Shown here: positions 50,826-61,711 of the stretch, one piece after another
How positions within the stretch are numbered: position 1 is the stretch's first letter
Layout: every line of letters starts with the position of its first letter
NCBI GenBank assembly: GCA_020832105.1
Contig: JAFIFH010000071.1
Span: 6,364-70,363 of the forward strand
Origin: Idiomarina sp.
GTDB lineage: Bacteria > Pseudomonadota > Gammaproteobacteria > Enterobacterales > Alteromonadaceae
Direction of reading: 5' to 3'
Length of the DNA: 64,000 nucleotides
Position numbers and translations under genes: made by a program
Notes under the pieces: model-generated
The model's input: the letters and a program-made list of their open reading frames with translations, nothing else
Database searches by the model: none
What the model was told of the DNA's origin: nothing

Positions 50826-51398
50826 ATGACTTTGATAACGCCATCACGACATCGCCATGCGGCAGGGTTTACCCTGCTTGAAATCATTATTGTGGCGTTT
50901 ATTCTCGCGTTAATAGCGGGCACTGTGGTGGTCAATATGACGCCGCCCCAGCGTGACAGTGACGCACGCACCGCGGCGGTGGTATTTAAAGAGAAACTGA
51001 ACCACGCCCGCCAGGTTGCGTTGATTCGCAACTGGGTGATGGGCGTTGATGTTAAAGAACACAGCTATGCGTTTTATCGTTGGAATGATGGCCAGTGGCA
51101 GCGACAACAGGACGGCGCCCTGGATGGGGTTGAATTTAGCGACCTTGAACTAGAGCTGGTGCTCGGTGACTTCGCCATTCTGGACAATATTATTGACGGC
51201 GACCGCTCGGCAGTATTTCGTTCTGAACGAGATCGCCGAGACGATGATGAAGAGGTCATCGAGCCTCGTTTGCTAATTTTTGAAAGTAGTGATTTTGTGC
51301 CCTTCAGTCTCGCAGTTCATGATCGCTTCAGCGGCCTGAGCTATTGGGTTGACGGGCGTGACGGCATTCATCTGAGTGTAGAGGATCAGGAGCCATGA
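50826..51398 (+). CDS. gspH: Minor pseudopilin GspH
   Basis: AAGFTLLEIIIVAFILALIAG prepilin motif. Start ATG at 50826 (or TTG at 50820). Confidence 0.8.
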   Translation: MTLITPSRHRHAAGFTLLEIIIVAFILALIAGTVVVNMTPPQRDSDARTAAVVFKEKLNHARQVALIRNWVMGVDVKEHSYAFYRWNDGQWQRQQDGALDGVEFSDLELELVLGDFAILDNIIDGDRSAVFRSERDRRDDDEEVIEPRLLIFESSDFVPFSLAVHDRFSGLSYWVDGRDGIHLSVEDQEP

Positions 51399-51775
51399 AC
51401 ACGCGCGCTCGGCCCGCTCGTCAGGCAGGCTTTACCTTAATTGAGGTGATGCTGGCACTGAGTATTTTTACCATGGCGGCGCTTGCGGCGTTACAGGTTG
51501 CCACAGAGCATTTGCGCAGCATTGCGCTGATAGAAGAGCGGGCATTCGCTACGATGGTGGCGTCCAATCGCATGGCGGAAGTTCATATCAGTGATAACTG
51601 GCCGCCGCAAAACGGTGCCACAGGGCAGATGCAAATGGCCGAGCGTACCTGGTACTGGCGGCAGCTGTCCGTTGAGACGGTCACCGACGGCTTGCGTGAA
51701 GTCACGATTATTGTCAGTGCCGAAGAAGAGGGCGCTGAAGCAGCACGCATCAGTGGTTTCGTGGGGCAGCGATGA
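51395..51775 (+). CDS. gspI: Minor pseudopilin GspI
   Basis: QAGFTLIEVMLALSIF. 126 aa. Confidence 0.85.
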   Translation: MNTRARPARQAGFTLIEVMLALSIFTMAALAALQVATEHLRSIALIEERAFATMVASNRMAEVHISDNWPPQNGATGQMQMAERTWYWRQLSVETVTDGLREVTIIVSAEEEGAEAARISGFVGQR

Positions 51776-52377
51776 AGCGGGCACAGGGTTTTACACTGGT
51801 TGAACTGCTCCTCGCGATGCTGATCTTTGCGATGATAGGTTTAGCGAGCTCGTTTGTGTTGAACCAGATGTTGGTCAGTGATGAGCGCTCTAACGAACGC
51901 CGTGAACAGTTGCAGGATATGCAGTTTGCCATGCTGATGCTGGAGCGCGATGTACGCCAGATGGTGGCACGGCCATTGCGGGCGCAGCCGGCAGAGCATC
52001 GTAATATTTACGTGCTGAGCGATGGTCGCACCACCGACAGTGACGCCGATGGTCTGGGCTTCGTCCGCGCAGGCTGGAGCAACCCGAATGCGATGTTGCC
52101 GCGCTCAGGGCTGCAGCCTGTGGTGTACAGGTTGCGCGAGAATGTGCTGCAGCGACTGAGCTCGGATTACGTAGATGACGTCAGCGGCCGCCCCTATGAG
52201 CAGGACTTACTGCATGGGGTGGAGGACTTCCGTATTCGATTTGTGCATAACGGAGAGGAAACCAACAGCTGGTCGGTGCCTGACGCGCTGCCTGAAGTGG
52301 TTATTGTCAGCCTGACCACTGCAGAGTACGGTTTAATTGAACGCTGGTTATTAACTAGTGGCGAGGGGGCGTTATGA
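51772..52377 (+). CDS. gspJ: Minor pseudopilin GspJ
   Basis: AQGFTLVELLLAMLIFAMIG. 201 aa. Confidence 0.85.
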   Translation: MKRAQGFTLVELLLAMLIFAMIGLASSFVLNQMLVSDERSNERREQLQDMQFAMLMLERDVRQMVARPLRAQPAEHRNIYVLSDGRTTDSDADGLGFVRAGWSNPNAMLPRSGLQPVVYRLRENVLQRLSSDYVDDVSGRPYEQDLLHGVEDFRIRFVHNGEETNSWSVPDALPEVVIVSLTTAEYGLIERWLLTSGEGAL

Positions 52378-53399
52378 ACCGCTGCCTGAACGCTGGGAAA
52401 AGCCGCCATCAGCAACGCGGCGTTGCATTAATTACGGTGTTACTAGTGGTCGCTATTGTCGCTGTGGTGGCAGTCAATATGAGTGGCAGGTTGAAAGGCC
52501 AGGTCGACCGCGCGCACGCAATGGAAATGGCGGAAAACGCTTACTGGCATTGGCTGAGTGCCGAGCAGTTGGTGCGCCAGGTGCTACTGGCAGAAATTGA
52601 AAATGATGATTACGTGCATGGTGGCCAGAATTGGGCGAATCAACAGGGGCCATTTCCGGTTGAGGGCGGGTTCATCGGTGGCCGGGTGCGTGACTTGCAT
52701 GCCTGTTTTAACCTGAATGCGTTATTTCCGGGCAGTGAAGAGAGCCCGGTGGCCTCCTCAGGGTTAGCACTGGAGCAGTACCAGGCACTCTTGCAGGCGT
52801 TAGAATTTGATGATTTTACCGTGCAGCAACTCAGCGCCACATTGCTCGATTGGCTGGACGAAGACAATGTATTGACCAATCAATATGGTGCGGAAGATGC
52901 GGATTATGAGTCGATGCCAAGACCTTATCAGGCGGCGAATAGTTTAATGAGCCATATTAGCGAATTGCGGCAGGTCGTTGGCTATACCCAGGAAGTGTAC
53001 GAGCGGATAAGACCCCATGTGTGTGTGATTCCACAGCGGTCAGATTTAGCCTTTAACCTCAACACCATGGACCCTGAACGCCCGGAATTATTGAGCGCTA
53101 TCTTTCTAGGTCTGTTGGGGGTGGAGCAGGCACGGGATATGCTTAGCGGCTGGCCGCCGGAAGGCTATGCCAGCGTAGAGGAAATCACCAACCTGGCTGA
53201 ATTGCAGGGGCTGGTGCCAGAAGGTGACGAGCAGGTTCGGGGAGAAGAAAGTCTCACCGTTGAAAGCGAATTTTTTGAGTTACGTGCGGCAATTCAATAT
53301 GGCGATACCGAGTTCTTTGCGGTGTCGATCATTCAGGCGCTGGACGGCGAAGCGCGGATACTACATCGTTCGCGCAGAGGGTATGACTGGAATGATTAA
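52374..53399 (+). CDS. gspK: Minor pseudopilin GspK
   Basis: QRGVALITVLLVVAIVAVVA. 341 aa. Position in the operon. Confidence 0.85.
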   Translation: MNRCLNAGKSRHQQRGVALITVLLVVAIVAVVAVNMSGRLKGQVDRAHAMEMAENAYWHWLSAEQLVRQVLLAEIENDDYVHGGQNWANQQGPFPVEGGFIGGRVRDLHACFNLNALFPGSEESPVASSGLALEQYQALLQALEFDDFTVQQLSATLLDWLDEDNVLTNQYGAEDADYESMPRPYQAANSLMSHISELRQVVGYTQEVYERIRPHVCVIPQRSDLAFNLNTMDPERPELLSAIFLGLLGVEQARDMLSGWPPEGYASVEEITNLAELQGLVPEGDEQVRGEESLTVESEFFELRAAIQYGDTEFFAVSIIQALDGEARILHRSRRGYDWND

Positions 53400-54696
53400 A
53401 CAACTCATCATAAGACTGTCGGGCCAGGCGGATGGCAATATCCCATGGCTACTATGGCAAGCGCCTGACGCCAGTGCAGGAGAGCATGGCGGAGATATTC
53501 TGCAGCACGGGGTACTGTCGCATGCGAACGAGCTCAGCGAATTGCTGGAACTGAGTGAAGGCGCAAAAGTAACGGTACTGGTCAGCAGTACTGAAATCGG
53601 CTTTCACCAGCTTGATCTGCCACCCGGTTCGCGCCGGCATTTAGCCCAGGTGGTGCCTTATGCACTCGAGGAAGAGCTTGCTCAGGATATCAACGAGCTG
53701 CATTTTGCCTGGCAGCTCAGTGGCTGGCAGAATACTGAACGCGACATTGGCGATGAGTCTGAGCGCGGCCTGCCGGTGTGTGTGGTGGCGAAATCACAAA
53801 TGCAGGCCTGGCAGGACTGGCTTGATGCCAGCGGCCTCAAATACGCCGCGATTATTCCGGACCTGTTTATTTTGCCGCTGAGCGAGAATGAATGGTCGGC
53901 GATGAGCCTGGACGACGATATTATTGTGCGGCACAGTGCCTGGCGTGGTTTTGCTATCGAGCAGAGCTTGTTTGAAGACTTGTCTGAATTATTTAGTGAT
54001 GCGCTGACACCGCCAGCCTTGATCCGCTGCTGGGGCGAAGTGCACTGGCCCCATGCGCCGGCGCAGCTTGCCGCACCTGACGACCAGCATATGTCGGCAG
54101 TCAACGACGAATCCGCGATAAACGCAGAGCCAAATGGCGCCTTAACCCTGGCGCGGCGGTTGCAACCGCAGACCTCTATCAACCTGCTGCAAGGTGAGTT
54201 TGCACAAAAACGTAAACGCAAAGCGAACCTCGGTGTATGGCGTTGGCCGGCCATCGCAGCGGCGGTCTTACTTGGTTTATTGTTTGTTGATAAGGGCTTA
54301 TATATCTGGCAGCTGAATCAGCAACATAGCGAAGTGGTGCAAAGTATTGAAAACCGTTATCGCCAGACTTTCCCGGATGAAACCCGGGTGGTCAATGTAC
54401 GGGCGCAGTTGAATCAACATCTTGCCCGTTTGCAGGGCGGTGGCGACAGCACCCAGGTATTGGGTTTATTACAGCAGCTGGCACCTGCCTTCAATGGCAC
54501 CGACTTAGAGGTCACCCTGATGCAGTTTGACGCCGGGCGCAACGAATTACGGCTGCAGGCCACCGGGGCAAACTTCGCAGTCTTTGAGCGCTTTGGCGAA
54601 TTGGCACAGCAGCAGGCGTTAGAGGTTGAGCAAGGGCAATTAAATAGCCGTGCTGGCCGTATTGCCGGAACATTGATTGTGCGCGGGGGTAGCTGA
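53392..54696 (+). CDS. gspL: Type II secretion protein GspL
   Basis: ORF 53224..54696. Start at ATG 53392 (or 53383), overlapping the gspK stop. Cytoplasmic actin-like domain, TM helix WPAIAAAVLLGLLFV and periplasmic domain. Confidence 0.8.
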   Translation: MIKQLIIRLSGQADGNIPWLLWQAPDASAGEHGGDILQHGVLSHANELSELLELSEGAKVTVLVSSTEIGFHQLDLPPGSRRHLAQVVPYALEEELAQDINELHFAWQLSGWQNTERDIGDESERGLPVCVVAKSQMQAWQDWLDASGLKYAAIIPDLFILPLSENEWSAMSLDDDIIVRHSAWRGFAIEQSLFEDLSELFSDALTPPALIRCWGEVHWPHAPAQLAAPDDQHMSAVNDESAINAEPNGALTLARRLQPQTSINLLQGEFAQKRKRKANLGVWRWPAIAAAVLLGLLFVDKGLYIWQLNQQHSEVVQSIENRYRQTFPDETRVVNVRAQLNQHLARLQGGGDSTQVLGLLQQLAPAFNGTDLEVTLMQFDAGRNELRLQATGANFAVFERFGELAQQQALEVEQGQLNSRAGRIAGTLIVRGGS

Positions 54697-55226
54697 TGAA
54701 AGCGCAATTACAGCAGCAAGTTAAACAGTATCAAGGGCGAGCACAGCAGTGGTGGCGTAAGCGCGAACCACGCGAGCAGCAATTGCTGGTCCTGATGCTG
54801 GTGTTTACGCTGATTTTTATTTTTTGGTATGGCATCTGGCAACCACTGCAGCAAGCGACCGAACGCGCGCAAAACCGGCTGGCAACTCAACAGGAGACAT
54901 TGCGCTTTGTGGTGGAGTCAACCCAGCAGGTTGAGCAATTACGCAGCGGAGCGCCCCGTCAGCGGGCGACACCGATTAGTGGCAATGAACTGAATGGCTT
55001 CATCAGTCGCACTAGTGCCACCCATAACCTGGAAGTATCGCGGTTGCAGCCGCAGAACGAAGCGCTGCAGATCGTCTTTAATGAGGCTGATTTTGACAAT
55101 CTGCTGGCGTTTTTAGCCGCGCTGGATGAGCGTCAGGTACAAATTGAAGCCATTGATATCGCCGAGGGCGGTGAGCCTGGCGTGGTCCGGGTGCGTCGGT
55201 TACAAGTGCGAGCGGGGGCTTCATGA
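54696..55226 (+). CDS. gspM: Type II secretion protein GspM
   Basis: 176 aa. N-terminal TM LLVLMLVFTLIFIFWYGIW. Position after gspL. Confidence 0.8.
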   Translation: MKAQLQQQVKQYQGRAQQWWRKREPREQQLLVLMLVFTLIFIFWYGIWQPLQQATERAQNRLATQQETLRFVVESTQQVEQLRSGAPRQRATPISGNELNGFISRTSATHNLEVSRLQPQNEALQIVFNEADFDNLLAFLAALDERQVQIEAIDIAEGGEPGVVRVRRLQVRAGAS

Positions 55227-55963
55227 AGTTAGTATTTGCCGTTGTCGGCTGTGTGTTTTTATTTCTCATTGCTTTAGTGGTCACCGTGCCAGCGCGATTT
55301 GCGTTGCAGTTCGTGCCTTTACCCCCGGCGGTTCAAATCGGTGGTGTTGAAGGGACATTGTGGCGCGGAGAGGCAGACACCGTGCTGGTAGAAGGTACCA
55401 TGCTGCGTAATCTTAACTGGCAGGTGCAGCCGTTGTCGTTGTTAACCGGGCGAGTGGTTGCCGATATTGAGCTGGGTGAGCACGTGGATAACCTGCTAAT
55501 TGGCAGTGGCCGGGTGCGGGCATCACGCAATGAACTGGAAGTTGCAAACCTGCAGCTTGAAGCTCGCTTAGTGGATTTGGCCGCATTTGCCCCACAACCG
55601 AGCCCATTCCCGCTACGTGGCGACGTGGTGCTGAACATGACCACCTTTGTGCTGGGTCAGCCATTGTGCGCCCAGGCCAATGGTCAGGTGGAGCTGGTTG
55701 GCGGTGCCATGCAGGTTGGCCAGGCGTGGGAGGATCTGGGCGCCCTTGAAGCAACGATTGGTTGCGACAGTGGTTACCTGACCGCTGAACTGGTGGAGCC
55801 GAATACGGTAGGTTTACGTGCCAGTATGCGCGCCAGTATGAATAGCGCTGACGGTGAATTTCAGATTCTGCAGTCAGCGGAAGCACCACGCTCAATTCGC
55901 AATTTGGTCTCAGTATTGCCGCAGCAGGCACGCCAACGCCAGCGTTTTAGCGTGCGCTTCTAG
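55223..55963 (+). CDS. gspN: Type II secretion protein GspN
   Basis: 246 aa. N-terminal TM, then GVEGTLWRGEA. Last gene of the operon. Confidence 0.7.
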   Translation: MKLVFAVVGCVFLFLIALVVTVPARFALQFVPLPPAVQIGGVEGTLWRGEADTVLVEGTMLRNLNWQVQPLSLLTGRVVADIELGEHVDNLLIGSGRVRASRNELEVANLQLEARLVDLAAFAPQPSPFPLRGDVVLNMTTFVLGQPLCAQANGQVELVGGAMQVGQAWEDLGALEATIGCDSGYLTAELVEPNTVGLRASMRASMNSADGEFQILQSAEAPRSIRNLVSVLPQQARQRQRFSVRF

Positions 55964-56026
55964 TTTGCATCTGGTGCTCTTTTAGTTAAGCTAGTACGCA
56001 ATGATTGAATTAAAAAAGGTATAGGC

Positions 56027-56965
56027 ATGAACGAGATGTGGCTGTGGTTGGAAGACAACCAAGGTTTAATGGCGATGTATGCGGTGCGCTTTGTGGTGGG
56101 CCTGGCGATTCTGATAGGTGGTTTTATTCTGTCAGGCATTATCAGCCGACAGATTATGAAACGCCTGGATAAAAGCAAAATTGACAACGCTGTAGTGACA
56201 TTCTTAGCCGGTATCGTGCGTGCGATTATCGTTGCCGCTGCGATTATGATGGCACTGTCTCATGTGGGTATTCAGACCACGTCGTTTATTGCCATCCTTG
56301 GTGCCATGGGTCTGGCCATCGGTTTGTCGCTACAAGGCTCACTGGCCAATTTCGCCTCGGGCGTATTGATTATGATCTACCGCCCGTTCAAGTCAGGTGA
56401 TTATGTTGACGCAGGCGGCATCGGCGGCACTGTGATTGGCATTGAACTATTCACCACCGTGCTAAAAACGCCGGACAGTAAAAAAGTTGTGGTCCCCAAC
56501 TCACAAATCACCTCAAACCCGATTACTAACTTCTCTGAGCACCCAACCCGGCGCGTGGATATGGTGATTGGGGTAAGCTATAACGCTGATTTACGCAAAG
56601 CCAAAGAAGTATTAATGCGTGTTCTTAAAGAAGACGAGCGGGTTCTGCAAGACCCCGCGCCGCGCGTTTCGGTCAATGAACTGGCAGACTCGTCAGTAAA
56701 CTTTGTGGTTCGCCCATGGGTAAAAAGTGAAGATTACTGGCCGTTTTTCTGGGACACCATGGAAAAAATTAAGCTGACCCTGGACGATGAAGGTATCGGC
56801 ATTCCTTTCCCACAAATGGATGTGCACCTGCATCAGGCCGGTAGTGACGAAGGTCCAATTCGAATTGCCTCTACGGTCACGTCTGCAGACAGCAAGGCGT
56901 CTTCTGCCCCGGATAAGCCCAGCGACGATAACAACGCGCAAAAGCAACACGCTAATCACGGATAA
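56027..56965 (+). CDS. mscS: Small-conductance mechanosensitive channel MscS
   Basis: 312 aa. Colinear with E. coli MscS: ILGAMGLAIGLSLQGSLANFASGVLIMIYRPFKSGDYVD, NFSEHPTRRVD, IGIPFPQMDVHL. Confidence 0.8.
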   Translation: MNEMWLWLEDNQGLMAMYAVRFVVGLAILIGGFILSGIISRQIMKRLDKSKIDNAVVTFLAGIVRAIIVAAAIMMALSHVGIQTTSFIAILGAMGLAIGLSLQGSLANFASGVLIMIYRPFKSGDYVDAGGIGGTVIGIELFTTVLKTPDSKKVVVPNSQITSNPITNFSEHPTRRVDMVIGVSYNADLRKAKEVLMRVLKEDERVLQDPAPRVSVNELADSSVNFVVRPWVKSEDYWPFFWDTMEKIKLTLDDEGIGIPFPQMDVHLHQAGSDEGPIRIASTVTSADSKASSAPDKPSDDNNAQKQHANHG

Positions 56966-56991
56966 GCCAATGCTGGTTTCGTGCTAAGCGT

Positions 56992-57019
56992 AAAAAAACC
57001 CGCCATCGCGGGTTTTTTT
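56992..57019. terminator. Bidirectional rho-independent terminator between mscS and xseA
   Basis: AAAAAAACCCGC-CATC-GCGGGTTTTTTT. Confidence 0.8.
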
Positions 57020-57026
57020 ATGCGTG

Positions 57027-58388
57027 TTATTGGTGTTTCGCGGTGATCTTACTGGTCAGCGAGCCTTGACCTAAGCGGGTAGTGATAACACCGCCCACTA
57101 CAACCTGGTCGGTGTTTTTAACCACGTTTTCGTCGCTGTCCAGGGTAATGCTATAGCCGCGGCTGAGGGTTTGCAGCGGAGATACAATATGTAACGCCTG
57201 CATATTGGCAGCCATCCGGTGTTGCGCTTGGTTAAGCTGCACCTGAAGCGCGCGTTGTAGCCGTTGCTGATTGCTGGCAAGCTGCTCCTGGGCACCTTGC
57301 AGCCGACGCTGCGGCGTCAATTGACCCAAACGTACCGCGAGGTGGCGGTATTGCTGTTGGTGCTGGCTCATCGTTTGTTGCAAGCGCATCTGCGCCCGGC
57401 GGTTGAGCTCGTCCAGGCGCTGCCCTTGTTGCAGCAGCTGCTGTTGCGGGTGAAGAGGTTGCAGGCGCTGTTCGAGCATGGCGAATTGATGACCCGCCAG
57501 GTGCATCCGATGTTGCCATGCTCGCCATAGGCGCTGGGCTAACAGTTGCTGCTGGGCACGCATATGAGAGCGATCACGACTCACCAGTTCCGCCGCTGCA
57601 GAAGGCGTTGCGGCACGGATGTCGGCGACAAAATCACAGATGGAAAAGTCCACCTCGTGGCCCACCGCGCAAATCACGGGCAAGCGGCTGGTGAACACCA
57701 CCCGGGCCAGTGTTTCGTCGTTAAAACTCCATAAGTCCTCAAGTGAGCCACCGCCGCGGGTTAAAATAATGGCGTCGACCTCATTGCGTCGATTAGCGGT
57801 ATTCAGGGCGGCTATCAATTGTGCCGGGGCGGCCTCACCCTGCACCTGGGCTGGATACACAATGACGTTAAGGTCCGGATCGCGGCGCTTTAGTACCGCG
57901 AGCACGTCATGTAGCGCCGCGCCTGTCGCTGAGGTGACCACCCCAATGGTTTTAATCACCTCGGGTAATGGCCGTTTATGCTCAGGGTTAAACAACCCTT
58001 CGGCCTGCAGCCGTGCTTTCAGTTGTTCAAATTGCTGTTGTAACAGGCCAACTCCCGCATCTTCCATATGCTCAGCGATTAACTGATAATCTCCGCGGGG
58101 TTCATACAGACCAATTTTGGCGCGAATTAATACCTGCTTGCCATTTCCAACCTGGGTCATCACCCGCTGATTGGCATTGCGGAACATAGCGCAGCGTACC
58201 TGGGCTTTATCGTCTTTCAAGGTAAAATACCAATGCCCGGAGGATGGCGCGGAGAAATTCGAAATTTCCCCCACCAGCCAGACCTGGCCAAAGTGGGCCT
58301 CAAGCAGGCGGCGAACTGCCTGGTTCAGTTTAGAGACGCTGTAGATTTTTCGTTGTGGGTCTGCGGCCGGCTCGTTGGTGTCAAACAC
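57027..58388 (-). CDS. xseA: Exodeoxyribonuclease VII large subunit
   Basis: ORF 57027..58466. GTG at 58388, six nt after GAGGA, gives MFDTNEP..IYSVSKLNQAVRRLLEAHFGQVWLVGEISNFSAPSSGHWYFTLKD. About 453 aa, like E. coli XseA. Confidence 0.9.
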   Translation of the reverse strand: MFDTNEPAADPQRKIYSVSKLNQAVRRLLEAHFGQVWLVGEISNFSAPSSGHWYFTLKDDKAQVRCAMFRNANQRVMTQVGNGKQVLIRAKIGLYEPRGDYQLIAEHMEDAGVGLLQQQFEQLKARLQAEGLFNPEHKRPLPEVIKTIGVVTSATGAALHDVLAVLKRRDPDLNVIVYPAQVQGEAAPAQLIAALNTANRRNEVDAIILTRGGGSLEDLWSFNDETLARVVFTSRLPVICAVGHEVDFSICDFVADIRAATPSAAAELVSRDRSHMRAQQQLLAQRLWRAWQHRMHLAGHQFAMLEQRLQPLHPQQQLLQQGQRLDELNRRAQMRLQQTMSQHQQQYRHLAVRLGQLTPQRRLQGAQEQLASNQQRLQRALQVQLNQAQHRMAANMQALHIVSPLQTLSRGYSITLDSDENVVKNTDQVVVGGVITTRLGQGSLTSKITAKHQ

Positions 58389-58552
58389 AGCTGTTCCTCG
58401 CTGGTTAGATGCGTTGGGGAGTAAGACTGACCCGCGCATCTTGAGATATTCGATGAGTTTATGCAAAAACTAGTTTACTGTAGCTGCGCAGGTGAGTAAA
58501 ATACCGCCGCAACATTGATCCAGCTCCAACCCTTTGAAAGCGAGATGTTGCC

Positions 58553-60019
58553 ATGCTAAGAATTGCGCAAGAAGCCCTTACCTTTGACGACGTTCTGCTC
58601 GTCCCCGGTCACTCCACTGTTTTACCCCATACTGCCGATTTACGCACGCGTTTAACTCGTAGTATCGAACTTAATATTCCGATGGTGTCATCGGCGATGG
58701 ACACGGTGACTGAAGCAGATCTTGCCATTGCACTGGCGCAGGAAGGCGGCATGGGTTTCATCCACAAGAACATGAGCATCAGTGAACAGGCTGCCCACGT
58801 TCGTAAGGTGAAAAAATACGAGAGCGGCATCGTTAAAGATCCGGTAACAGTCACTCCAAGCATGACCATCGCTGAAGTTAAAGCCATTGCTCATGAACAC
58901 GGTTTTCAGGGGTTTCCGGTTGTAGATAAAGCTCGCCTGGTGGGTATTGTTACTGGCCGCGACACTCGCTTTGAAGACGACAGCCATAAAACCGTGAGTG
59001 ATGTGATGACCCCAGAAGGGCGCTTAGTCACGGTTAAGCAAAACGCAGGCAGTGAAGAGATTCTTGCGCTGATGCACGAACACCGCATTGAAAAAATTCT
59101 GGTCACTGACGACAACCAGGCGTTAGTGGGCATGATTACCCTCAAAGATTTCGAAAAAGCAGCCAACAAACCAAACGCCTGTAAAGATGACCAGGGTCGT
59201 TTGCGGGTTGGCGCTGCAGTGGGCGTAGGCGCGGGTACTGAAGAGCGGGTTGCCGCCTTAGTAGACGTCGGCGTTGACGTGATTCTGATTGATACCTCCC
59301 ATGGCCATTCTGAAGGTGTGCTAGAGCGTGTGCGCTGGGCGCGTAAACACTTCCCTGATGTGCAGCTTATTGCGGGTAACGTTGCGACTAAAGCTGGTGC
59401 AATTGCGCTAGCCGACGCTGGCGTTGATGCGGTAAAAGTGGGTATCGGCCCGGGTTCAATTTGTACCACCCGTATCGTAACCGGGTGTGGCGTACCGCAA
59501 ATTACCGCGATTTCAGACGCGGTTGAAGCACTGCAGGACCGTGACATTCCAGTGATTGCTGACGGTGGCATTCGTTTCTCTGGTGATATCGCCAAAGCGA
59601 TTGCAGCTGGCGCCAGCTGTGTGATGGTGGGTAGTATGCTTGCAGGCACCGAAGAGGCGCCTGGTGAAGTGGAGCTGTATCAAGGGCGTTACTACAAATC
59701 ATACCGTGGTATGGGTAGCTTAGGTGCGATGAACCAGAGCCACGGCTCGTCTGATCGCTATTTCCAAAGCAGCAACCAGGCAGAAAAACTGGTCCCGGAA
59801 GGGATTGAAGGGCGGGTAGCATACAAAGGCCCAATGGCGACCATTATCCATCAGCAAATGGGCGGCTTACGCTCGGCGATGGGCCTGACAGGCTCTGCTG
59901 ACATCCTGACACTGCGCACTAAGCCTGAATTTGTGCGGGTGACCTCGGCGGGTATGGGCGAGTCCCATGTACATGACGTGCAGATTACCAAAGAAGCGCC
60001 GAATTACCGTTTAGGCTAG
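58553..60019 (+). CDS. guaB: IMP dehydrogenase
   Basis: 488 aa: [24 protein letters not shown] pair, [19 protein letters not shown]. Confidence 0.95.
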   Translation: MLRIAQEALTFDDVLLVPGHSTVLPHTADLRTRLTRSIELNIPMVSSAMDTVTEADLAIALAQEGGMGFIHKNMSISEQAAHVRKVKKYESGIVKDPVTVTPSMTIAEVKAIAHEHGFQGFPVVDKARLVGIVTGRDTRFEDDSHKTVSDVMTPEGRLVTVKQNAGSEEILALMHEHRIEKILVTDDNQALVGMITLKDFEKAANKPNACKDDQGRLRVGAAVGVGAGTEERVAALVDVGVDVILIDTSHGHSEGVLERVRWARKHFPDVQLIAGNVATKAGAIALADAGVDAVKVGIGPGSICTTRIVTGCGVPQITAISDAVEALQDRDIPVIADGGIRFSGDIAKAIAAGASCVMVGSMLAGTEEAPGEVELYQGRYYKSYRGMGSLGAMNQSHGSSDRYFQSSNQAEKLVPEGIEGRVAYKGPMATIIHQQMGGLRSAMGLTGSADILTLRTKPEFVRVTSAGMGESHVHDVQITKEAPNYRLG

Positions 60020-60035
60020 GGCAATATCTGAAAAC

Positions 60036-60094
60036 GTAGGGCAGGCTTTGCCTGCCGCCACGCAATACCTGACGGCAGGCAGAGCCTGCCCTAC
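60036..60094. repeat. Pair of REP-like hairpins in inverted orientation (BIME-like) after guaB
   Basis: GTAGGGCAGGC-TTT-GCCTGCCGCC ... GGCAGGC-AGA-GCCTGCCCTAC. The outer GTAGGGCAGGC/GCCTGCCCTAC arms also pair with each other. Confidence 0.65.
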
Positions 60095-60118
60095 ATTGCA
60101 ATAAACACGAGAGACCTC

Positions 60119-61696
60119 ATGACCACAGACATTCATCAACACCGCATTCTTATCCTCGATTTTGGTTCACAGTACACCCAGCTTATCGCCCGTCGCATTC
60201 GTGAAATCGGCGTGTATTGTGAGTTGTGGGCCTGGGATGTTGATGCACAGGACATCAAAGACTTTAACCCCCAGGGTATTATTTTGTCTGGTGGCCCTGA
60301 GAGCGTACCAGAGCCGAACTCACCGCGCGCCCCACAGTATGTGTTTGAAGCCGGCGTACCGGTACTGGGTGTTTGTTACGGCATGCAAACCATGGCAGCG
60401 CAGCTGGGTGGTTCCGTACAAGGGTCTGATGAACGTGAATTTGGCTATGCGCAAATCGAGCGCGTCGCGGAAAGTGATTTGTTTAAGCACATTGAAGATG
60501 CGATTAGCGAAGATGGCCTGCCGTTACTTGACGTATGGATGAGTCACGGTGACAAAGTCATTGATATTCCTGAGGGCTTTGAAACCGTAGCGCGTACTCG
60601 CACATGCCCGCACGCCGCCATTGCTGACACCAAACGCCATTTTTATGGCCTCCAGTTCCACCCGGAAGTGACGCATACCCGCCAGGGTCTGCGTATGCTC
60701 GAGCACTTTGTGAACGACATTTGTGGCTGTGAGAACCTGTGGACACCTGCCACCATCATCGATGACGCCATTGAGCGCATTCGTGAGCAGGTGGGTAAAG
60801 ATAAAGTGATTCTGGGCCTGTCAGGTGGGGTGGATTCGTCGGTTACCGCAATGCTGTTGCACCGTGCTATTGGCAGCCAGCTGACTTGCGTATTTGTCGA
60901 CAACGGCTTGCTGCGCCTCAACGAAGGTGAGCAGGTAATGGAGATGTTTGGTGATCACTTCGGTCTCAATATTGTTCGCGTTGCCGCTGAAGACCGTTTT
61001 CTCAGTGAGCTTGCCGGTGTCACCGACCCGGAACTCAAGCGTAAAGTGATTGGCCGTGTGTTTATTGAAGTTTTCGATGAGCAGGCCACCTCCATTAAAG
61101 ACGTAAGCTGGCTGGCCCAGGGTACGATATACCCGGATGTAATCGAATCTGCAGGTTCGAAAACCGGGAAAGCGCATGTCATCAAGTCACACCATAACGT
61201 CGGCGGGTTGCCAGAGGACATGGCGCTGAGCCTGGTGGAGCCACTGCGTGAATTATTTAAAGACGAAGTGCGTAAAATTGGTCTTGAGCTTGGTCTGCCT
61301 TACGACATGTTGTATCGCCATCCATTCCCAGGACCAGGGTTGGGCGTGCGGGTACTGGCAGAAGTGAAGAAAGAATATTGCGATCTGCTACGTCGCGCCG
61401 ATGCTATTTTCATTGAAGAGCTGCGTAACTCAGGCTGGTATGACAAAGTCAGCCAGGCCTTTGCAGTGTTCCTGCCGGTGCGTTCGGTTGGGGTAATGGG
61501 CGATGCGCGTAAATACGATTGGGTAATTGCCGTGCGGGCGGTGGAAACTATCGACTTTATGACCGCGCGCTGGGCGCATTTACCATATGATTTGCTGGAA
61601 CGTGTCTCAAACCGTATTATTAATGAAATCAATGGAATTTCACGGGTTGTATATGACATTTCTGGTAAACCGCCTGCCACGATTGAGTGGGAATAA
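60119..61696 (+). CDS. guaA: GMP synthase (glutamine-hydrolysing)
   Basis: 525 aa: [31 protein letters not shown]-terminal KPPATIEWE. Confidence 0.95.
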   Translation: MTTDIHQHRILILDFGSQYTQLIARRIREIGVYCELWAWDVDAQDIKDFNPQGIILSGGPESVPEPNSPRAPQYVFEAGVPVLGVCYGMQTMAAQLGGSVQGSDEREFGYAQIERVAESDLFKHIEDAISEDGLPLLDVWMSHGDKVIDIPEGFETVARTRTCPHAAIADTKRHFYGLQFHPEVTHTRQGLRMLEHFVNDICGCENLWTPATIIDDAIERIREQVGKDKVILGLSGGVDSSVTAMLLHRAIGSQLTCVFVDNGLLRLNEGEQVMEMFGDHFGLNIVRVAAEDRFLSELAGVTDPELKRKVIGRVFIEVFDEQATSIKDVSWLAQGTIYPDVIESAGSKTGKAHVIKSHHNVGGLPEDMALSLVEPLRELFKDEVRKIGLELGLPYDMLYRHPFPGPGLGVRVLAEVKKEYCDLLRRADAIFIEELRNSGWYDKVSQAFAVFLPVRSVGVMGDARKYDWVIAVRAVETIDFMTARWAHLPYDLLERVSNRIINEINGISRVVYDISGKPPATIEWE

Positions 61697-61711
61697 GCTC
61701 AAGGACACCTC

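Noticed and set aside
58906-59649. Long antisense ORFs inside well-supported genes. Examples: 247 aa opposite guaB, 193 aa at 40394..40975 opposite bamB, 190 aa at 53682..54254 opposite gspL, 196 aa at 62455..63045 opposite the antiporter gene, 153 aa at 23236..23697 opposite etfB.
   Set aside because: These are shadow ORFs opposite genes with unambiguous homology. Their compositions are Ser/Arg/Ala/Pro-rich and lack motifs. Nothing supports true overlapping genes.
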